Part shown: piece after piece, positions 27,659 to 34,004 of the stretch
Layout: the number at the start of each line of letters is the position of its first letter
Position numbering within the stretch: the first letter of the stretch is position 1
Assembly: GCA_003045895.1 (NCBI GenBank)
Contig: PZPC01000021.1
Span: 2,142 to 66,141, forward strand
Reading direction: 5' to 3'
DNA length: 64,000 nt
Source: Bacteroidota bacterium
Lineage (GTDB): Bacteria; Bacteroidota; Bacteroidia; Chitinophagales; Saprospiraceae
Made by a program: the position numbers and the translations under genes
The notes under the pieces: generated by a model
The model's input: the letters and a program-made list of their open reading frames with translations, nothing else
What the model was told of the DNA's origin: nothing
Databases searched by the model: none

Positions 27659-27955
27659 GTGAAAGTTAATAGAAGAACTGATGTAGAAACAGAATCCGCA
27701 TTCGATATTCGTTTCATCAATGAAAAGTTGGAAGGAAAGTACGATAACATCTACATCATTCTCAGCACCCTCGAAGACGAACCTACCGCAGCCTGGGAAG
27801 AATCAGGAGACAATTCCCTGCTGATCAATTTGCCCAAGGAAAAGATACTGAATGCGTCCATTGACTACAAAGCGGAAATCATGCAGCACCTGCCCAAATT
27901 ATCCTGGTTGGAATCAGAAGTTTTGTTAGCGTATGTGCAGGAGCGTTGGGAATAG
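27659..27955 (+). CDS. Hypothetical acidic protein (weak call)
   Basis: 98 codons with a GTG start and no recognisable motif. It is the only plus-strand ORF in the island. Confidence 0.3.
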   Translation: MKVNRRTDVETESAFDIRFINEKLEGKYDNIYIILSTLEDEPTAAWEESGDNSLLINLPKEKILNASIDYKAEIMQHLPKLSWLESEVLLAYVQERWE

Positions 27956-27956
27956 T

Positions 27957-28217
27957 TTACGGGTGGTGGAAAAACCCTATTTCCAAACCTCTTGATGGAT
28001 CTGCCTCACTTAATTCATACATCACGATCGAATCCAGATCATAATAATCAACAACTCGTTTGCCTGTTTCATCCAACCATTCAATTTCAATATTCTTCCA
28101 CGTTAATGCGCCATCTTTTAATTCAACTTTTTGGAATTCAGTTACTGCTTGATTATCAGCAACTAAAGAAGAGGAAAGCAGCTTTTTGATAGTATTTATC
28201 AACGACTTATCAACCAA
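27957..28217 (-). pseudogene. Remnant of a second DUF2442 gene
   Basis: 27976-28147 is about 97 percent identical to 26678-26849. The 86-codon ORF lacks the DUF2442 N-terminus and the HTH, and ends in unrelated residues (GFFHHP). Confidence 0.6.
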
Positions 28218-28261
28218 TCAGATGTTATTTCACTCTTTATCGTTGATAAAATACTTGACTT

Positions 28262-29093
28262 TCAGCCTTCACTTCCCCCCATTTCAGGCTTCTCCGCTGG
28301 TTGTGCGAACCCCTTGATCGTCCTTCCGCCGTATTTCCAGGCGGTGGCGTTTTCCTGCTGCAGGTATCCTTCCAGGTTGTTATTGGGCGTGAAATTTTCC
28401 TCTGCTTTTTGAGCCAGTTCGGTCAGTTTTTTAATGGCTTGATTTTTATCGGTTTCACCAATTTTTGCCCGTTCAACTGATTTTTTTAATGTAACAATGA
28501 CTTCATCATAAACTTTGGTGGGTACCGGAAAGGGGTTGCCACCTTTGCTTCCGTGAGCAAATGAGAAGCGGGCAGGGTCGCTAAATCGGGAAGCGGTTCC
28601 ATGTATTACCTCGCTTACGAGGATTAGGGACTGCAAGGTTCTGGGGCCTAATCCTTTTAACAACAGCAATTCATCAAACCGTTGTACCTCGTTTTCCTGG
28701 GCCAACCACAGGATGCTCCCCAATCTTTTCAGGTCGATGTCTTTTTCTTTGACACCGTATTGCACAGGTAATTTGAGGTGCGCAATGCCCTGTAAAATGA
28801 CTTCAGGCCTTTCTTTGGCAATTGCTAAAATACCGTCCTGGGTTGGCAGGGCTTTTTTGTGAACCAAATTGATGATTTCGCCTTGGTGGTCGCCGCAGAT
28901 AGCGGTGTGCGGTTCCTGGGTAAAAGATTCCAGCGCGTTTGAATTCCAGTGGTAGCGCCTGGCCAGGGAAGAATTTGGCTGCATCCCTTGTTGCACGACA
29001 GATAGGCAAAGAAAGCTTCGTCATTCTGTCAAACAGCCAAGTGGGGATACGTCCTCCCATTAACGCTAAATCTGCTGAGCCGGAACGTTTCAT
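28262..29093 (-). pseudogene. DUF763-family gene interrupted by a frameshift near 29000
   Basis: The N-terminal 30 aa (MKRSGSADLALMGGRIPTWLFDRMTKLSLPI, from ATG 29093) are in one frame. The rest (from ...VVQQGMQPNSS to ...FSFAHGSKGGNPFPVPTKVYDE...) is in the +1 frame. An HhH-like motif LLKGLGPRTLQSL is present. This could instead be a sequencing error. Confidence 0.55.
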
Positions 29094-29098
29094 TTTCG

Positions 29099-29725
29099 TT
29101 ATTTATTAAATTTTTTCCAATCTATCAGGTAGTGAAAAGCAGTAGATCGATAAGGGCTCCACGGTTTGGCTACTTCCACCAGCTGGGCTTTTAACTTAGC
29201 TTGGGGGTTCAGGTTATAAAGCGGCGTCATAATTTGTTTGATGTGATAATCATCATACGAAAATACATCTGGTCGCCGGAGGGTGAATAGCAGAATCATC
29301 TCAATGGTCCACTTTCCTACTCCTTTAATTTCGGATAATTTATGCTGTACTTCTTCGTCCGTAAGCGCTTCCCAATCAACAGCATTTTTGTCCCAGTGTT
29401 GAACAATACGCATCATTGTTTCGTATTTTTCCACAGAAAGTTGGACTCCAGCAAACGCAGTTCGCTCAAATTCCGGAAAATTAGCGGGCGTAAGCAGGGT
29501 CAAATTCGACTTGTCGAGCATTTTTTGAAACACTTTTTTCGTACTTCGGTAATGTATCTGCTGCTCTATGACACAACTCATCAAATCGTGGAAAACAGAA
29601 TGGGTGCCGTGTACTTCCGGGGGAGGAATGGTGGCTATTATTTTCCCTAAAATGGGGTCAACTTTTGCCAGGTGTTCAATTTCCAGTTTCAACATACTAT
29701 AATATAATGACAAAACCCCGCTCAT
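29099..29725 (-). CDS. HhH-GPD DNA glycosylase, AlkA / 3-methyladenine glycosylase II-like
   Basis: 208 aa with HhH-GPD motif IKGVGKWTIEMILLFTLRRPDVFSYDDYHIKQ. The real start may be the internal MLKLEIEHL. Confidence 0.8.
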   Translation of the reverse strand: MSGVLSLYYSMLKLEIEHLAKVDPILGKIIATIPPPEVHGTHSVFHDLMSCVIEQQIHYRSTKKVFQKMLDKSNLTLLTPANFPEFERTAFAGVQLSVEKYETMMRIVQHWDKNAVDWEALTDEEVQHKLSEIKGVGKWTIEMILLFTLRRPDVFSYDDYHIKQIMTPLYNLNPQAKLKAQLVEVAKPWSPYRSTAFHYLIDWKKFNK

Positions 29726-29922
29726 AGGGATAACCCCCAGCCTATTTTTTATTTTTTTTCCAGCAAATAATTGGCCAGATCAATCATCTTAGCGCCCAGG
29801 GCAGCGTGCTGTTCTTCCGTTCTGGTTTTGTATTCGCGTCGGGGGGCATAGCTGATCAATAGCCAATTGTCATAATTTTCGTTGAGCACGATAACCCGGC
29901 CGTAAGCGGGATTTTTTGCCGG

Positions 29923-30648
29923 TCAGTATTGGTAATCACACCGCAGCAGGCTGGTGCCCATACTGAACTCAAATTCCTGCGCGATGGCCAGGCCTTTCGC
30001 ATTTTCTGCGGGTTGCCATTTGGGCATATTACAAATGGCTTCCAGGATTAATTTGTCGATTTCACGATCTTCGGAGGTCTGGGAAATCTGCGCATCGGCA
30101 ACCTGACCTTGCGCGTTGACATTGAACCTCACTTTTGCCAATGCTATGGGCTCGGCCGTGGTGGCGGTAATTTCAGCTATGATGTGTTCCTTTAGGTAGG
30201 CTTTCAGCTGTTGGTAGCCACCCGGATATTTGGCTTCGACGATTGGAATCACCGTCAGGGAAAAATTCATCTTCCGGGGCGGATTATCTTTCAGCGTATT
30301 GCGGGGTATGTAATCCACTTCCACATCGATGCGGCAGCCCAGGTCTGCCATTTTCAAAATGTCCATTTGTTCATGGGTCAACAGGTCGTTTGTACCGACT
30401 GCCCTTTTGACGCGCTCCCCACAGGTAGAAGCAACTTCTACCGCAATATAGCGGGCCACCCAGGAGGGCCGGTACCTGGCGTCGATATCCGCTAGTGTTT
30501 TAGCTGTTTTTAGGGTATCCAGCGTTACTAACGAATACGGGCCCGAACGGGGGTTGGTCAGTGTTCCAAAAACGTCGTAACCCATTTCTTGGGGAAAGCC
30601 GGAGAAAGCCAGGAGGAGTAAAAACGATGCAACCAGGTAATTTTTCAT
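29923..30648 (-). CDS. Secreted protein with TonB_C-like C-terminal domain
   Basis: 241 aa with a signal peptide (LLLLAFSGFPQ). The C-terminal YPGGYQQLKAYLKEHI...VRFNVNAQGQVADAQI...FEFSMG resembles the TonB C-terminal fold. Confidence 0.5.
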   Translation of the reverse strand: MKNYLVASFLLLLAFSGFPQEMGYDVFGTLTNPRSGPYSLVTLDTLKTAKTLADIDARYRPSWVARYIAVEVASTCGERVKRAVGTNDLLTHEQMDILKMADLGCRIDVEVDYIPRNTLKDNPPRKMNFSLTVIPIVEAKYPGGYQQLKAYLKEHIIAEITATTAEPIALAKVRFNVNAQGQVADAQISQTSEDREIDKLILEAICNMPKWQPAENAKGLAIAQEFEFSMGTSLLRCDYQY

Positions 30649-30915
30649 AAAATTATTTTAAAGAATGACCGCAAAAAGAGGAAAAGGAACCCGCCCTTTG
30701 TCCTGGTATAAAGGTAGGTTGACCCCGCTGGTTTAGCACCCTGGTGATTGTAAATTAATGTAAATTAATGCAAAAGGGCGGGTGAAAAAAGGTGAGAAAT
30801 GTTCGCGCTGGCGGAGTTGGTGGTCTGGAGGGTTGGGCAGCGGGCGCAAGGCACCACCTCGTGCCCGCTGGTCGACGTAAGTTTAAAAAGCCAGCCCTCC
30901 ACCACATCCAGGTTG

Positions 30916-31767
30916 CTAGTTTAACAACTTGGTGAACGACAAGGAAGCCAATTGCCATTGGCCAGCGGCCTCCTGGATATAGACTTCGGTAACCATAAAG
31001 GGATTCGTCACTTCATTTCCCCCAACCACCGCCAGCAAGGTGATTCTATTCAGGAGGACGGCTGTGTTGTCAATAATGTTTACGGACACTTCATGGATAT
31101 CCGCTTGCTTGTAATGGATCCCGCCACTTTTAATGATCTGGAGTTCTTGCTCTTTCCCCCAGGATCCGCCCATGTGAACGAAAACAGCTTTTTCATGGAA
31201 GAGAGCGGCCAGCGTATCTATTTCTTTGGCTGCCATCCAGTCCCACTTATCCTTCGAAAGGTGGATGACTTCCTGCTCCCTGGCGGTATCGGTGTTGTTC
31301 ATCATGGTTTGGTTGGTTGGTTTGATGTCGTGATAGTCTTCATCGCTTACCCGTTCCAACCATTGCGTGGGTTGGTTCCCGGTTATCGCCAGGTAGGTTA
31401 CGCCAATTTCCGCCGACGCTGCGTGCCAGTGTGCTACCCCCGGTGAGCATTTAATGACATCTCCCTGGCGAACGATTTGTGCCAGCTTGTTCCGCTCCTG
31501 GTAATAGCCTACCCCGGCGGTAACCAGTAATTGCTGCCCCGCAGGATGAAGGTGCCAATCTAACCTGGAACCGGGCGCACAGGTGGCAAGCGCTATATTG
31601 TAGGCAAAGGATGAGTCTGCCGCGCTCAGGTGATTGAGCCAGATATCTCCGGTATGATGGACATTGGGGGCTTTTTCACCTTTTTCAAAAATGGCTGTTT
31701 CTTGTGCCCATGTGGGCGTAGAAAAAGCGGCAAATAGGAAAACCAGTAGATATAGTACAGGATTCAT
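30916..31767 (-). CDS. Secreted cupin domain fused to an NTF2-like (SnoaL/DUF4440) domain
   Basis: 283 aa with a signal peptide. It has the cupin metal motif (LDWHLHPAGQQLLV...VAHWH) and a C-terminal NTF2-like segment (LSKDKWDWMAAKEIDTLAALFHEKAVFVHMGG). Confidence 0.7.
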   Translation of the reverse strand: MNPVLYLLVFLFAAFSTPTWAQETAIFEKGEKAPNVHHTGDIWLNHLSAADSSFAYNIALATCAPGSRLDWHLHPAGQQLLVTAGVGYYQERNKLAQIVRQGDVIKCSPGVAHWHAASAEIGVTYLAITGNQPTQWLERVSDEDYHDIKPTNQTMMNNTDTAREQEVIHLSKDKWDWMAAKEIDTLAALFHEKAVFVHMGGSWGKEQELQIIKSGGIHYKQADIHEVSVNIIDNTAVLLNRITLLAVVGGNEVTNPFMVTEVYIQEAAGQWQLASLSFTKLLN

Positions 31768-31821
31768 GTTTTTTTGATTTTGTCATTGGTTATAAAAACG
31801 ATAGTCTGAGCAGGCAAAAGA

Positions 31822-31977
31822 TTATTTGTCAACCAACTTTTGCAGCTGTTCCGGATAACGAGTGCCCTGCACATCAATCTGTGAAATGGCCTGGTGGATA
31901 GCTTGCAGATCCTCGGCACCCAGGTTTTCGGTCAGGCGGTGTATTTTGGTGGTACCTGGAACAGGAACTGATGGGGA
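31822..31977 (-). pseudogene. C-terminal remnant of an aldo/keto reductase gene
   Basis: Hand translation gives SPSVPVPGTTKIHRLTENLGAEDLQAIHQAISQIDVQGTRYPEQLQKLVDK*. This matches the conserved AKR C-terminus (IPGTTK..RL.EN...G.RY). There is no start codon and a stop lies immediately upstream. Confidence 0.6.
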
Positions 31978-32049
31978 TTAAAAAACCAGCCGCTTAAAGG
32001 ATCTTTGCTTCAACGAAGTGGCGGGACAATAATAAATGGTTTCCAGCCC

Positions 32050-33258
32050 TCACCCCGCCAACCAGGCTTTTATCCTGGCGTAGACCGCAGGGTCATCCAG
32101 CAGATCCAGGTGACTCCGCTCATAAGCAATCCAGGTGTTCTCCGCCTTGAAGTGCAGTTCTTTAGCCGGGTCTTTATGCTGTCCCAGTGCACTTTTTACA
32201 TCCACCAAACCATCGCCTGGTGCGCGAAGCGATGCCGGGTCGGTCTCTTTTCCGGCAACGGCGGCGATGCTGTAGCAATCGATCTGCTCGGGCAAAGGAA
32301 TGGTTTGTCGGCGGTCGGTGGACCGTTTAAAGCGGTCGTAGCCTTGCCAGTCTTCATCCGTCAGGTTGCCGTACCTTAGATCGGTGACGCCCGCGCTGCG
32401 GATTTCCCCCAGGCGGGCAAAAGGTTTGGCGTAAGGGATGGCCTCCAGGATGACGTCCAGGTAATTGCCGGCCCGCTCCAACGGGGCGCCGTGGTGGGGG
32501 GTACCCAGGAACACCATTTTTTGGAGGTAGGTCGGCCAGGTCTTTTGCTGTTGCTGGCCATCATGCAGCGCACTGCGCGTGACCAGGCCGCCCATGCTGT
32601 GCGCCACTAGAACCAGTTCGGTCACGGGCACGGGCCACTGCAACACGAGTTGTTCCAGGAGCGCACTGAATTGTTGCCCGTTGGTAGACACGTGCAGTCC
32701 GCTGTTGTAATACAGGTACAGGGGTGTCAGGTGCAGCTCTTTGGCCAGGGCTTCACCGTGATCGTGGCCATTGCGCGTCCATTGCCGGTCGTTCATACAG
32801 GAACCGTGTACCAGCACCAGGATTTTCCCGTTGAGGGCGGGGTAGGTCTTTTCCAGGCTTTCCCGATCCAGCGGCACCGCCGCTCCCCGGTACCGGAACT
32901 GCATGGTAATTTGTAAGGGATTTTCTTTTTCTTCCAGGTAATCACCAACGACCCCGTTCAGGACGGCGCGCAGCGCTTCACTTTCCTCGCTATTGCCCAT
33001 GGATCCGAGCACCGGCGCCAATTGACCCAGTGCTTTGTCCAGACCACCGCCGATGAAGCGGGTGCTCCACCTGATGTTTTTATAAGTGAAACCCGCCACA
33101 CGGGTAATCAGGTGCTGAATGGGGGTGGAGGGCAAAAAAGGCGGATGAACCACCCGCCGGTGCATGGCTTCAACCAGGTCGGTTATACCAAGGGTGGCTT
33201 CCGTGAGCAAACGGGTAAGGCCTTGTAAATCAGAACTGGTGTTTTTTTTTTTTGCCAT
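32050..33258 (-). CDS. Alpha/beta hydrolase, lipase/esterase-like
   Basis: 402 aa with nucleophile elbow AHSMGG and LVHGSCMN upstream. An A12 tract covers codons 2-6. Confidence 0.75.
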   Translation of the reverse strand: MAKKKNTSSDLQGLTRLLTEATLGITDLVEAMHRRVVHPPFLPSTPIQHLITRVAGFTYKNIRWSTRFIGGGLDKALGQLAPVLGSMGNSEESEALRAVLNGVVGDYLEEKENPLQITMQFRYRGAAVPLDRESLEKTYPALNGKILVLVHGSCMNDRQWTRNGHDHGEALAKELHLTPLYLYYNSGLHVSTNGQQFSALLEQLVLQWPVPVTELVLVAHSMGGLVTRSALHDGQQQQKTWPTYLQKMVFLGTPHHGAPLERAGNYLDVILEAIPYAKPFARLGEIRSAGVTDLRYGNLTDEDWQGYDRFKRSTDRRQTIPLPEQIDCYSIAAVAGKETDPASLRAPGDGLVDVKSALGQHKDPAKELHFKAENTWIAYERSHLDLLDDPAVYARIKAWLAG

Positions 33259-33311
33259 TTGTGGTGGGACTACGTCTTGCCTTGGTTTTTTTTTGTTGGG
33301 CGGCTGGTTTC

Positions 33312-33560
33312 CTACTCTAATTCTCCCGATTCTTTCAATACTTTTTCTCTGATAGATTGGGATATTCGAAAGTCTGTTTTATCAATTAAAGCTAGTATTT
33401 TTCTTACCGATTTTATTACTCCTTTTTCCTTAGCTTTGATTAAAACCCCTAATGATCCGATTATTTCAATTAAATCTGAGAATGTCTCCTGTAGAATTTT
33501 AAATTGGCCAATCTTGTGGTAAATTATCAAACAGCTTGTGTCTGCAATAATTACTTTCAT
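33312..33560 (-). CDS. DUF3368 (PIN-like) toxin homolog, apparently internally deleted
   Basis: 82 aa. It keeps the N-terminal IIADTSCLIIYHKIGQFKIL and the C-terminal GSLGVLIKAKEKGVIKSVRKILALIDKTDFRIS, but it is roughly half the usual family length as I remember it. Confidence 0.55.
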   Translation of the reverse strand: MKVIIADTSCLIIYHKIGQFKILQETFSDLIEIIGSLGVLIKAKEKGVIKSVRKILALIDKTDFRISQSIREKVLKESGELE

Positions 33561-33566
33561 GTCCGC

Positions 33567-33791
33567 TTACAATTCAATATCGCCAACTTTTTCAAGATCT
33601 TCCGCTGTTTCCCCAAATATTGATACGCCATATTTTCCAACTTCCTCTAAAAATTGCCTTCTTGTTATTCCAACTAATTCAGCAGCCTGCCCCGATGACA
33701 ATTTCCCTTGTTCAAACAATGCAACTGCTATGATCATCTTGACGCTGTGAAGCTCAACTTCTTCCGGCAGATTTATTGTTAATATTTTCAT
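33567..33791 (-). CDS. UPF0175-family antitoxin-like protein
   Basis: I moved the start to ATG 33791 (MKILTINLPEEVE...). ALFEQGKLSSGQAAELVGITRRQFLEEVGKYGVSIF is typical of UPF0175. It lies 6 nt upstream of the DUF3368 gene. Confidence 0.65.
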   Translation of the reverse strand: MKILTINLPEEVELHSVKMIIAVALFEQGKLSSGQAAELVGITRRQFLEEVGKYGVSIFGETAEDLEKVGDIEL

Positions 33792-34004
33792 TATCAAGTC
33801 TTTAAAATTAAGCCAACTTGTCCCTGTCAACAAGATAACACTTTTCCTCTTGGTTCAGTTCATTACCCGTTTAATGCTCGGCGCCAACTTAATTATACCA
33901 GCAAGTCGTGCCCGGCTTCTCCAAAAATGTAAGTCGTGGGGAGGCCGCAGCGTGCAGTGCGACACGAGGTAAAACCCGGCACAGGGTCTGCTTCGCCCCC
34001 CTCC

